20,000 nucleotides of DNA from an uncultured virus (IMG/VR IMGVR_UViG_3300020200_000019) (Duplodnaviria > Heunggongvirae > Uroviricota > Caudoviricetes). Below, one piece after another: positions 1 through 8,335 of the stretch; the first letter of the stretch is position 1; the number at the start of each line of letters is the position of its first letter. The notes under the pieces are model-generated. The model did no database searches. It was not told the origin of the DNA and worked only from the letters and a program-made list of their open reading frames with translations. Location of the stretch: IMG/VR virus record IMGVR_UViG_3300020200_000019. One strand, written 5' to 3'. The translations under genes and the position numbers were made by a program.

Positions 1-91
1 GGAGAGGGGTTAGCTAGCGATGTTCTTCTGGGCGCTCTGCGCGACCATGTGGTCGCTTCCCGGAAGGGGGTGGTCCCTATCGGGCTGAACT

Positions 92-3000
92 TTGTCGGCC
101 TGGGTTAGCTTTACCTTCGGTGCCAAGGACGCGGGGCTTAACAAGCGTCTAAAGCACTATGGAGTGGGGTTTGGTAAGATCCACGCCGCCCTGGACGATA
201 TGGGTGCGTCCGGCAAGAAGGGGGCGAGCGGGGTCAAGGACTTCACCTCGGCGCTTGACACCAAGCAGACGGAAGGGCTGAACGCTTCCCTGGAGAAGCT
301 CCACGCCCTGCTCGAAGAACAGCTTCCCAACTCCTCCGCCAAGACCGGGAAGGCGATCAGGCAGCAAAGCTCCGTCTTTAACACCTACACGCGGGACGCG
401 GGGCGGGGCCTGAAGCTGATCGAGGGAGCGGTGAGCCGCCTGGGCAAGATCTTGTCCCAGGTGAAGCTCTCGAACTTCCTCTCCGTCTTTTCCCTCTCCC
501 GGCTAGGGGACATCGCGCGCGGCGTCGAGAACCTCGCCACCGGGGGGCGGAACCTCACCACCGGCTACGAGGCCCAGCTTGTCCAGATGGACAAGTCCGC
601 ACGAGCGACCGCTGTCCAGTTCGGGATGACCGGGAAGGCGGTAGGGAAGTTTTCTGCCCAGGCCAGTTCGATGGCGATCGGTCTCAACATCGACGTGGGC
701 AAGGCGTCGAGCGCGATCTACGTCTTCAACTCCAACATGGACGAACTGAAGGCGTTGGGCTTCAAGTCGGCCCAGTCCTTCGCCAAGTTCGGGGAGGTGT
801 TGGGGGTAGATACCAACCAGTTTGGGTTCTTCGCCGCCGAGGTGAAGTCGGTTCTTGGGGACGACGCCTACGCGAAGAACGCGAAGAACCTTTTCGGGGC
901 CTTTGGTCGGTTCGGACAGCAGTCGGGCGACGTGAAGGGGGCCTTCGACATGATGAAGGACGTGGTGCCGCAGTTGAAGGAGGCGGCGACTTCTTCCGGG
1001 CAGATCATGGACGGCGAAACGCTAGCCCGCTACGGCAAGGGCGTGGCGGTTGCCGCCGCAGGCTTCTTCGCGGTCTCCCACAACGCGGCGGAAGCCAAGT
1101 CGTTGGCCCTGAGCATGTCCAGCAACATGGTCAAGGCGCGGCAGAACATCGCCAACATGTTCGCGGGTACCGAGGGGGACCTGAGCGCGATGGCGACCGA
1201 GCTTGGTGTGGCGACAGGCGACATCAACGCCTCGTTCAATCTTATCAAGAGCAACCCCGACGAGTTCGCCAAGGGGCTGTTCCAGATGGTTCAGGCTGCC
1301 AAGAAAAATGGGGTTCCGCTGGAGCAGCAGATGTCCTTCCTGGGAGCGCGGCTGGGGGCTGCGTTCGGCCCCGAGCAGGCTGCCCAGCTAATGCAGTTCT
1401 TCGAGAAGGGTGGGGAGAAGGCCCTCGACGCGATGGCGGACGCGCAGAGCGCGACGACCAGCCTCGCCAAGATGGGGGAGGAGGGCTACCGTACCGGCCG
1501 CACGCTGGCTGAGAGCTTCGAGCTTGCGGAGAATCGGTTCATCAAGACCTTCCGCGACGTGGGGCGAGCCGAGGCCCGGAAGTTCGTCAGTGAAACGGGG
1601 AAGGAGTTCGACAAGTTCGGGAAGAAGGCGAAGGAGATCGCCAGCGACGGCGGCCCGCTGGGTGCGATCGTCAAGAAGTTCTCGGAGATGCACCAGGTCG
1701 GTGCCCTGGCCCTTCTTCCCCAGAGCCTTCGTCCCATCGCTGCCGTGTTCGGGACCATGCTCAAGGAGGGGGCTCCCCTGATCGGGATGCTCGGTTCGCT
1801 CGGCTTCCGCCTCTCCATGCTCGGTCCCCTCCTCCCCATCGCCGCCTTCGGGGCCTTCGTGTGGGCGATGAAGTCGGCGGAGAACCAGGCGGTCGCCACG
1901 GCCGAGGAAGCGGCCAATAGCGGGAAGTCGATGCGGGGGCTATCGCAGGGGGTCCGCGATCTCGAAAAGCAGCAGCAGAAGCTCGTGTACGGGACCGAGG
2001 CGTGGAACAACGTGCAGCGTCAGATCGACCAGAAGAACTACCTCCTCAAGATGGCGAAGGCGATGAAGGCGGCGGCGGGGGACGAGAAGAAGCTCGCCGC
2101 TCTACGGACTCAGGTCGCGGAGCACGAGCGGCAGCGTTCCATCGAGCAGGTGAAGCGCATCGCCAAGAGCGTGACCCAGAAGGTCGGAGCTTTCATGCAG
2201 GCCCTCCCCTCCATCGTTCGGGAGGGCGCGAAGATGTTCGTCGAGGTGTGGAAGGAGATCAAGGACCCGCTCCTCGACGCCCTGAAGGCCGCCTGGTCGT
2301 GGGTGAAGACGAAGGCCTGGCCCGCCATCAAGGACTTCCTGAAGGGCATGTGGGATGGCCTGATCCACGGAACCAAGGCAACCGGCACGAGCGCCTCCAC
2401 CCAGCTTGGAGCCCGCATCGGCCAGGTTGTTCGGAACGCCCTCGTCTTCGCCTGGCGCTGGGCCAAGGACACCGCCTGGCCCGCCATCGTGGATTTCGTC
2501 AAGGGTGTCTGGGACGGGCTGTTCCGCCAGGCGAAGGCAGACGAGCCGAGCGCGTCGGCCCGCCTCGGAGCGAGCCTTGGTTCCGCCATCCGAGGGGCGT
2601 TCGACTACGCGGTGAAGTGGGTCAGGGACTACCTGAAGGGTTGGTGGGCGACGGTGACGGCGATCTGGACCGACTCGTCCAAGTCGTTTACCGAGAAGAT
2701 CAAGGAGACCTTCAAGGCATCCGGCGGCGTCTTCGTCCTCCTTGCCGGGAGCCTCTTCCTGGTCATCCCTCTCCTCGGACGGCTCCTTACGCTGGGCGGT
2801 CTGCTCTCCGGCTCCTTTGGCCTCGTGCCCAATGTGTTCTGGCAACTGGGAAGCAGCTTGATGTTTGTTCTCAGACCCCTCGGTTCCCTGTTCAAGGGGT
2901 TCGGTCAACTGGCGGGACGTATCGGCGGGTTGGTCTTTGGCACGATCCCCAAGATCGGGTCGGTCTTCGCTTCCGTGTTCGCTGGGGTGGGTGTGCGGCT

Positions 3001-4810
3001 CCTGGCCTTCGGCAAGGGCATCCTCGCGTTCTTCGGGAGCATCTTGGCCCCGCTGGGTTCCTTGTTGATGAAAGGGTTGTCTCCCCTGATCCAGATCGGT
3101 CAGTTCGTCTGGGCGGTGATCTCTGGGTTGTTTGGCAACCTGCTCGCTTTCCTGGGTCCGGTCGGGAAGGTGTTCGTCGGCCTTTCCGCCGGAGCGTGGG
3201 CCGCGATCGGGGCGGTGGTGGCTCTGGGAGTGGCCTTCACCCTCTGGCCCGAGAAGACGCAGGCAGCGGTTGATTGGGTGACGCAGAAGATCAGGGAGTG
3301 GTTGCCCAAGCTGGTTCCGATCGTGATGAACGCTCTCGCGTTCGTGGCGGGGATGATCTGGAAGGTGGTGTCCTACGTTTGGTCCAACATGCCGCAACTT
3401 CTCACCGGCTTGGTTAAGGCTCTTTCCGCTATCGTGGACATAGCTATAGCCGCTCTTTTGGGATTGTTCGACGGGCTCCAGAACTGGCTCATGGAGAAGT
3501 TCCCAGAGTCGGCAGGAACGATCAAGAACGTATTCGACTTCCTGAAGTCTGCCGTCGAGGTGGCAGGGAGCGCCATCAAGGTTGTTCTCAAGGTGATCGG
3601 GTGGTCTTTCGAGGTGTTGTGGTCGGTGGCGAAGGGCGTACTCAAGGGCTTGTGGTGGGCCTTCGAGACCTTCGTGCTCACTCCTCTGGGCTGGATATGG
3701 AAAGCGGTGAAGAAGGTGCTCTCCGCCTTCTCGGAATCCTCTAAGTATTCCGATGAACAGATTGCTCACGCCTACGAGGGCGGGGTGCATCAGATGGAAG
3801 CGATGCCCGAGAAGGCGGCGATGGCTGGTGCGGCTGCGGCTGAAGGAGCGACGCAAGCAGCCAAGGCGGTGACGGATGCGGCGGTGACGGCGAACGAGAA
3901 CACCTTGAAGGCGGCTCAGAAGGGGGTGGAGGAGCAGTCGAAGAAGCTGACCGAGAATCTGGGGAAGGCCGCCGAGACTGCCGCCAGCACTACGAACGTC
4001 ACGATGCTTAGGGAACTGGAAGCGGTGGCGAAGCGCGCGATGGAAATCTCCGAGACCGCGAAGACCGAGGCTTCCGTGAACGCCGCGAAGGGTATTCTGG
4101 CTGAGATCGAAAACGCCCAGAAGGCGGCGACGGCAGCGAAATCGAAGGAGGATGTGGCGAAGGCCCAGCAAGTCCTGGATGGTCTGAAGAAGCAGGCCGC
4201 CGACCTCGAACTCCGGGTGGGGAAGACCCAGGTGGGAGGCTTCGAGAGCACTCCGGCCAGCCTGGAAGCGTTTGCCGGACCAGCGGTGAAGAAGAAGCGC
4301 AAGGGAGGCTGGACGGAGGAGATGGGACAGCAGGTCGTGGACGGCTACCAGAAGGCGATGGGGACGATGACCGAGAACTCCAAGGTCTTCCTGACCGAGC
4401 AGATCAAGACCTTCGGGACCCTCACCGACACCATCGTCCAAAAGTTCCAGTCCGCGTGGGACCGGATCTTGGAAGCCTCCGGCCGGTTCGCCGAGCAGCT
4501 TTCCGAGCAGGTCAGCCAGGCCCTCCTCCGCATCGAGACCCTGGCCGCCACCGCCCAGGCCGTCCAGGTGCTCTCCGAGGCCCCGCGCGCGGCCCCTCCT
4601 CCGGCCCTCTCCAAGCCGATGACCAAGGAGGAGCGGGAGGACGCGCTCCTTCAAGCGACCCACTGGCCCCAGTGGTACGAGGAGTACCGGGTGCAGTTCG
4701 CCAAGCAGATGCTCGGGCTTCAGGGCGCGATCCAGAAGTCCGGCACCTCCCAAGAACCCGTTCGACGTGGGAAAGCCCTCCCCCCAGTACGCGGGAACCC
4801 AACGGAGTAG
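92..4810 (+). CDS. Tail tape measure protein (1572 aa; true start uncertain)
   Basis: Very long Ala/Gly/Lys-rich, helical-looking ORF with periodic Trp/Phe (AWSWVKTKAWPAIKDFLKGMWDGL) and a long hydrophobic Gly/Leu/Phe stretch (~2720-3720). Lies directly upstream of LysM, hub and spike genes. The TTG start at 92 has no good RBS (see findings). Confidence 0.88.
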   Translation: MSAWVSFTFGAKDAGLNKRLKHYGVGFGKIHAALDDMGASGKKGASGVKDFTSALDTKQTEGLNASLEKLHALLEEQLPNSSAKTGKAIRQQSSVFNTYTRDAGRGLKLIEGAVSRLGKILSQVKLSNFLSVFSLSRLGDIARGVENLATGGRNLTTGYEAQLVQMDKSARATAVQFGMTGKAVGKFSAQASSMAIGLNIDVGKASSAIYVFNSNMDELKALGFKSAQSFAKFGEVLGVDTNQFGFFAAEVKSVLGDDAYAKNAKNLFGAFGRFGQQSGDVKGAFDMMKDVVPQLKEAATSSGQIMDGETLARYGKGVAVAAAGFFAVSHNAAEAKSLALSMSSNMVKARQNIANMFAGTEGDLSAMATELGVATGDINASFNLIKSNPDEFAKGLFQMVQAAKKNGVPLEQQMSFLGARLGAAFGPEQAAQLMQFFEKGGEKALDAMADAQSATTSLAKMGEEGYRTGRTLAESFELAENRFIKTFRDVGRAEARKFVSETGKEFDKFGKKAKEIASDGGPLGAIVKKFSEMHQVGALALLPQSLRPIAAVFGTMLKEGAPLIGMLGSLGFRLSMLGPLLPIAAFGAFVWAMKSAENQAVATAEEAANSGKSMRGLSQGVRDLEKQQQKLVYGTEAWNNVQRQIDQKNYLLKMAKAMKAAAGDEKKLAALRTQVAEHERQRSIEQVKRIAKSVTQKVGAFMQALPSIVREGAKMFVEVWKEIKDPLLDALKAAWSWVKTKAWPAIKDFLKGMWDGLIHGTKATGTSASTQLGARIGQVVRNALVFAWRWAKDTAWPAIVDFVKGVWDGLFRQAKADEPSASARLGASLGSAIRGAFDYAVKWVRDYLKGWWATVTAIWTDSSKSFTEKIKETFKASGGVFVLLAGSLFLVIPLLGRLLTLGGLLSGSFGLVPNVFWQLGSSLMFVLRPLGSLFKGFGQLAGRIGGLVFGTIPKIGSVFASVFAGVGVRLLAFGKGILAFFGSILAPLGSLLMKGLSPLIQIGQFVWAVISGLFGNLLAFLGPVGKVFVGLSAGAWAAIGAVVALGVAFTLWPEKTQAAVDWVTQKIREWLPKLVPIVMNALAFVAGMIWKVVSYVWSNMPQLLTGLVKALSAIVDIAIAALLGLFDGLQNWLMEKFPESAGTIKNVFDFLKSAVEVAGSAIKVVLKVIGWSFEVLWSVAKGVLKGLWWAFETFVLTPLGWIWKAVKKVLSAFSESSKYSDEQIAHAYEGGVHQMEAMPEKAAMAGAAAAEGATQAAKAVTDAAVTANENTLKAAQKGVEEQSKKLTENLGKAAETAASTTNVTMLRELEAVAKRAMEISETAKTEASVNAAKGILAEIENAQKAATAAKSKEDVAKAQQVLDGLKKQAADLELRVGKTQVGGFESTPASLEAFAGPAVKKKRKGGWTEEMGQQVVDGYQKAMGTMTENSKVFLTEQIKTFGTLTDTIVQKFQSAWDRILEASGRFAEQLSEQVSQALLRIETLAATAQAVQVLSEAPRAAPPPALSKPMTKEEREDALLQATHWPQWYEEYRVQFAKQMLGLQGAIQKSGTSQEPVRRGKALPPVRGNPTE
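2291..2608 (+). repeat. Two tandem 159-nt (53-aa) repeats inside the tape measure gene, plus a partial third copy
   Basis: Unit 1 (2291-2449): AWSWVKTKAWPAIKDFLKGMWDGL...SASTQLGARIGQVVRNALVF. Unit 2 (2450-2608): AWRWAKDTAWPAIVDFVKGVWDGL...SASARLGASLGSAIRGAFDY. Both share the DNA 15-mer GCCTGGCCCGCCATC. Followed by the partial AVKWVRDYLKGWW. Confidence 0.85.
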
Positions 4811-4813
4811 TCG

Positions 4814-5119
4814 ATGCCGGTTCGCGTGCCGACGACCAGCCGCCTTCGCTTCCTCGACCTTGTGGTCGTGGACGGGGTGACGTTCTGGGATCTTCCCGAA
4901 CTCCCAGACTTCCTTCCTCAGCCCGACGACCGGACGCATGTCGTCGAGGGGCACGATCGGCTCGACATCCTGGCCGACCGCTACTACGGGGACGTGACTC
5001 TCGGCTGGGTCATCGCGCATGCGAACGACATCGCGCTTCTTCCCATCGACCTTCAGGTGGGATCGACGCTGCGCATCCCGTCCCGGCGCTACGTGCTGGA
5101 CCTCCTCCAGCGCGCGTAG
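4814..5119 (+). CDS. LysM-like baseplate/tail protein (P2 gpX / T4 gp53-like), 101 aa
   Basis: Motif THVVEGHDRLDILADRYYGDVTLGWVIAHAN...LQVGSTLRIPS fits the LysM/Tail_X pattern. Located between tape measure and hub genes. Confidence 0.85.
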   Translation: MPVRVPTTSRLRFLDLVVVDGVTFWDLPELPDFLPQPDDRTHVVEGHDRLDILADRYYGDVTLGWVIAHANDIALLPIDLQVGSTLRIPSRRYVLDLLQRA

Positions 5120-5125
5120 CAGACG

Positions 5126-6616
5126 ATGGCGACCGGCACCTCCCATAACGCGGCGTTCGACTTCTACAGCCCGTTCTTCGCGGCGGCGATCATCACCGAC
5201 CCAGACAACCCGGCGAGTACGCGGTTCCCCTTGTGGACGAACCTCACCACCGATCATCAGGTGGTGCTGGCGGCCCAGAACCAACAACAGTGGAAGATCG
5301 ACCACGATCACCTCCACTCGTTGTCCTTCCTCACCGAACTCTCGGTCGAGCTTCAACTAGCCTACTTGCCGATCATCACCGCCACCCTCGCTCCTCCCTA
5401 TCGGGAGGCCATCGCCTTCCTCGACTCCCCCCTCATCGAGTGGGGGCGCTCGGTCTTGGAGGTGCAGTTCGGCTATACCGGGGGTGCTCCTGACGGTCCG
5501 ATCCTCTCCCACCCGCTCTCCGGTGTTCTTCTCAAGCCGGAGGTGAACCTGGGGGATCAGCCGACCATCACCCTGCACGCGCAGGGAATCGGGGGCTTCA
5601 GCGCGACGCGGCAGGAGGGGAACCGGACCTTCTCGCGCCGGACGCGCCGCGAGATCATCGAGGAGCTTGCCAAAGGCCCTAACGCTACGATGAAGCGCAA
5701 CCTGAAGATCGACTTCTCGGCGTTCGGCCAGCGCGCCCGCGACTTCGATGCGTTCGGGGGTCTGATTTTCGACGAGGATGGGCAGGATGCGGATGACGTG
5801 GCGGGGAGGTTGCTGCTGGACGAGAAGATTAGTTACGCCCAAGGCGGTCTTACCGACTGGATGGCGATCTGGATGCTGGTTCGCCAATCCCAGTGCTGGA
5901 TGTCCCTGGTGGGCGACACGTTGCACATCTTCCCGCGCAACTCCGCTCTCAGCGCGGAGCCGAAGTACGCCCTCCGCTTGTTTGATTACCCCCGGGGGCA
6001 GCTAGGTCCTCGGGCGGGGTGCTTCCCGATCCTCTCGGTGTCCAGCCCCACCTCGGCCGTCTACCTCCCCGGGGCCTTGTGGGGCGTCACCGCTCGGGGG
6101 GTGTCCAGCAAGGAGCGGGAGCCGGTGGCCGTCACCACGACGGAGGAGAACGCGAAGCTGGCCCGCACCGGGAAGAAGGCCATCGGCCCGAAGGGGGACG
6201 CGGGGAACCCCGAACCGAACAAGGACACGGGGGACGGGTTGGCCCAGTTGACCGGGGTGGACCCCATGGGGCCGAAAGTGCTGGCCGAGCAGCAAGCCGC
6301 CTACGCGGAGTTTCATCAGGACGCGATGGGGGTGAAGTTGGAAGCAGAGACCATGCTCATCCCCGATCTCATCCCGGGCGAGGTGGTGAGTGTGTCTGGG
6401 GTCGGACAACGCTTGGAGGGGAACTACGCGATCTTAAAGGCTACCTACACCGTGCCCGCCTTCACGATGAAGCTCGAACTCATCTCCAACGTCGGGGAGA
6501 TTGGGGTCATCGACTCCAAGCTCCGGGTGGCGCTGGGTCCGGTGAACGAGAAGAAGGTCGAGCAGAAGAATGAGGGCAAGAGCACGGTCGTGAAGAAACC
6601 GAAGAAGGGCGACTGA
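5126..6616 (+). CDS. Baseplate hub protein (P2 gpD / Mu gp44 / T4 gp27-like), 496 aa
   Basis: Hub-like motifs LEVQFGY, SYAQGGLTDW..IW.L and IPDLIPGEVVSVSGVGQRLEGNYAI..ATY. Canonical position before the spike gene, joined to it by a TGATG overlap. Confidence 0.8.
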   Translation: MATGTSHNAAFDFYSPFFAAAIITDPDNPASTRFPLWTNLTTDHQVVLAAQNQQQWKIDHDHLHSLSFLTELSVELQLAYLPIITATLAPPYREAIAFLDSPLIEWGRSVLEVQFGYTGGAPDGPILSHPLSGVLLKPEVNLGDQPTITLHAQGIGGFSATRQEGNRTFSRRTRREIIEELAKGPNATMKRNLKIDFSAFGQRARDFDAFGGLIFDEDGQDADDVAGRLLLDEKISYAQGGLTDWMAIWMLVRQSQCWMSLVGDTLHIFPRNSALSAEPKYALRLFDYPRGQLGPRAGCFPILSVSSPTSAVYLPGALWGVTARGVSSKEREPVAVTTTEENAKLARTGKKAIGPKGDAGNPEPNKDTGDGLAQLTGVDPMGPKVLAEQQAAYAEFHQDAMGVKLEAETMLIPDLIPGEVVSVSGVGQRLEGNYAILKATYTVPAFTMKLELISNVGEIGVIDSKLRVALGPVNEKKVEQKNEGKSTVVKKPKKGD

Positions 6617-7479
6617 TGGACGTTTCCGGCTTTGTCGAGAAGCTGCTCCTTGCGGGGTTGGAGCAGTTTCGGTTGTTCTACGGGCAGTACCGGGGGATCG
6701 TGACCCGCACCGACGACCCGGAGAAGCGGGGTCGCGTCCAGGCGCATGTTCCCTCGGTCGGGCAGAGCGCCGCTCCCGACGTGTGGATCGACCCCGCTTT
6801 CGTCGGGGCCGGAGCCGATCGGGGGTTGTTCTGGCCGCCCGAGGCGGGGGACGCGGTGTGGGTGTCGTTCGCGCGCGGCAAGCCTTCCGAGCCCAACCTC
6901 TACTGGGGAGGTTGGTTTGGCGCTCCGAAGGACAAGACCGACGTGCCCGCCGAGCTTGGATACGGTTCGGGAAAGGGCGGGAAGCCGCTCCGCCGGGGCT
7001 TCGTGACCCGAATGGGCCACGTCTTTTCCTTCAACGAGGAGAATGGCAAGGAGGAGGTGGTGCTCCTCTGGCACAAGCCGGATGGCGGGGACAATGCGTT
7101 CTCCGATGCCTCCGTGACGGCCGACCGCTCGAAGGGGAAGACCGCGACCCTACGCTTCACGCCGGAGGGGAGCGTCGAGGTGACGGACCAGGAGGGGCAG
7201 GCCATCGTTCTTGATGCCAAGAACAAGAAGGTGGTCATCACCGACGGGAACCAGAACGAGGTCACGCTCGACAAGAACGGGGCCAAGGTGAAGGCGAAGA
7301 AGGTCGTGATCGACTCGAAGCAGATCGAGTTGGGAGGTTCCTCCTACTCGGTGGTGCTCGGAGAGCTTCTCCAGCAGTACCTTGTCGGCCATACGCATCC
7401 GGCGTTCGGGGGGACCACGGGGCCGCCGGTTCAGCCCTTCCTCCCGAGCATCCTCTCGAAGATCGTGAAGCTCTCCTGA
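6616..7479 (+). CDS. Central baseplate spike (gpV / gp5-VgrG OB-fold, beta-helix, HxH tip), 287 aa
   Basis: N-terminal FYGQYRGIVTRTDDPEKRGRVQAHVP...GLFWPPEAGDAVWVSFARGKPSEP is the gp5 OB-fold signature. Short beta-strand repeats follow, and the C-terminal GHTHP..GTTGPP is the apex HxH motif of gpV-type spikes. Confidence 0.92.
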   Translation: MDVSGFVEKLLLAGLEQFRLFYGQYRGIVTRTDDPEKRGRVQAHVPSVGQSAAPDVWIDPAFVGAGADRGLFWPPEAGDAVWVSFARGKPSEPNLYWGGWFGAPKDKTDVPAELGYGSGKGGKPLRRGFVTRMGHVFSFNEENGKEEVVLLWHKPDGGDNAFSDASVTADRSKGKTATLRFTPEGSVEVTDQEGQAIVLDAKNKKVVITDGNQNEVTLDKNGAKVKAKKVVIDSKQIELGGSSYSVVLGELLQQYLVGHTHPAFGGTTGPPVQPFLPSILSKIVKLS

Positions 7480-7928
7480 TGGCTCTCGATCTGACCGTGC
7501 TGGAGAAAGGGGTGCTGCGGCTTCTTCAGAAGAAGCCCTCGACTCCGCTGGAGTGGGGGAGTCGGTTGGGAAAGCTCTACGAACAGTACGCGAAGGGTGG
7601 TCGGGCGGCCGGGGCTCCGCCGAGCTTCACCGGCAAGGAGAAGGACGTGATGGCGGGGGTGTTGGCGGCGGCCTTCGAGTCCAAGGTGCCGGTGCCGGGG
7701 CTGCCGTTCGGGCCTGCCTTGCTGGCCTTCTGGATGACCCCGCCGGTCTCCTTCGGGGTCGGGGTGACGCTGCTGGTTCCCGGAGCGGTCGCGGTGGTGG
7801 CGGTGGTCACCGCCATCCCGCCGGGCCTCCCCGATCATGTGTGCGCGCGACTTCTCGCCACCGCGCTCGACGTAGCGACCCGCACGGTCCTGGTTCAGGT
7901 GGGTCCCAACCTGGTTCTGTTGGTCTGA
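7479..7928 (+). CDS. Hypothetical baseplate-associated protein, 149 aa, hydrophobic/Pro-rich
   Basis: TGATG-coupled to the spike gene, codon style matches neighbours, and it fills the gap to gp25. No recognisable family. Confidence 0.7.
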   Translation: MALDLTVLEKGVLRLLQKKPSTPLEWGSRLGKLYEQYAKGGRAAGAPPSFTGKEKDVMAGVLAAAFESKVPVPGLPFGPALLAFWMTPPVSFGVGVTLLVPGAVAVVAVVTAIPPGLPDHVCARLLATALDVATRTVLVQVGPNLVLLV

Positions 7929-7944
7929 TCTGTCGCCGATGGTG

Positions 7945-7950
7945 TAAGAT
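7945..7950 (+). promoter_or_regulatory. Candidate -10 box (TAAGAT) of a leaderless transcript for gp25
   Basis: TAAGAT lies 7 nt upstream of GTG 7958 in a 29-nt intergenic gap with no Shine-Dalgarno. No convincing -35. Confidence 0.3.
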
Positions 7951-7957
7951 CTCGACC

Positions 7958-8335
7958 GTGGCCGCGCTCTACAGAGGCATCGCCTTTCCCTTCCAACAGG
8001 GAGACACCTCCTTCCCGGAGGCGGCGACTGACAATGACTTGATCCGGCAGTCGCTCCTCCAGATCGTGCTCACCCAGAAGGGGGAGCGGGTGATGCGCCC
8101 TGACTTCGGGACGAACGTGTTCTCCTACGTCTTCGAGAACAACAACGATGTCCTCGAAGAGATGATCCGGGTGGACGTGTCCCAGGCCGTCGCCCGCTAC
8201 GAGCCTCGGGTCCTTGTGCGTGCCATCGACGTGACGCGCGAGGATACCACGATCAACATCACCGTCCGGTACGTGATCGTGGCGACCCGGCAGGAGGACA
8301 GCGTACAGATCCCTGTCCCCGGAGGGACTACCTGA
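7958..8335 (+). CDS. Baseplate protein gp25/gpW family (sheath initiator), 125 aa
   Basis: YRGIAFPF...LIRQSLLQIVLTQKGERVMRPDFGT...AVARYEPRV is the GPW_gp25 signature. Start reassigned from 7553 to GTG 7958 because the longer ORF overlaps the 149-aa gene. Confidence 0.92.
   Translation: MAALYRGIAFPFQQGDTSFPEAATDNDLIRQSLLQIVLTQKGERVMRPDFGTNVFSYVFENNNDVLEEMIRVDVSQAVARYEPRVLVRAIDVTREDTTINITVRYVIVATRQEDSVQIPVPGGTT

Noticed and set aside
4283..4310. KKKRK basic cluster in the tape measure C-terminus resembling a nuclear localisation signal
   Set aside because: Short basic runs are common in Lys-rich phage proteins and nothing else indicates a eukaryotic target.
2102..5356. 1084-aa minus-strand ORF, and other long antisense ORFs (8656-10227, 12407-13732, 14225-15895)
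   Set aside because: Antisense shadows of high-GC genes with biased codons. They overlap well-supported + strand genes and show no recognisable motifs.
7553..7957. N-terminal extension of gp25 to 260 aa in the ORF track
   Set aside because: Overlaps the coupled 149-aa gene, is low-complexity Gly/Arg, and gp25 similarity begins only at about 7958.
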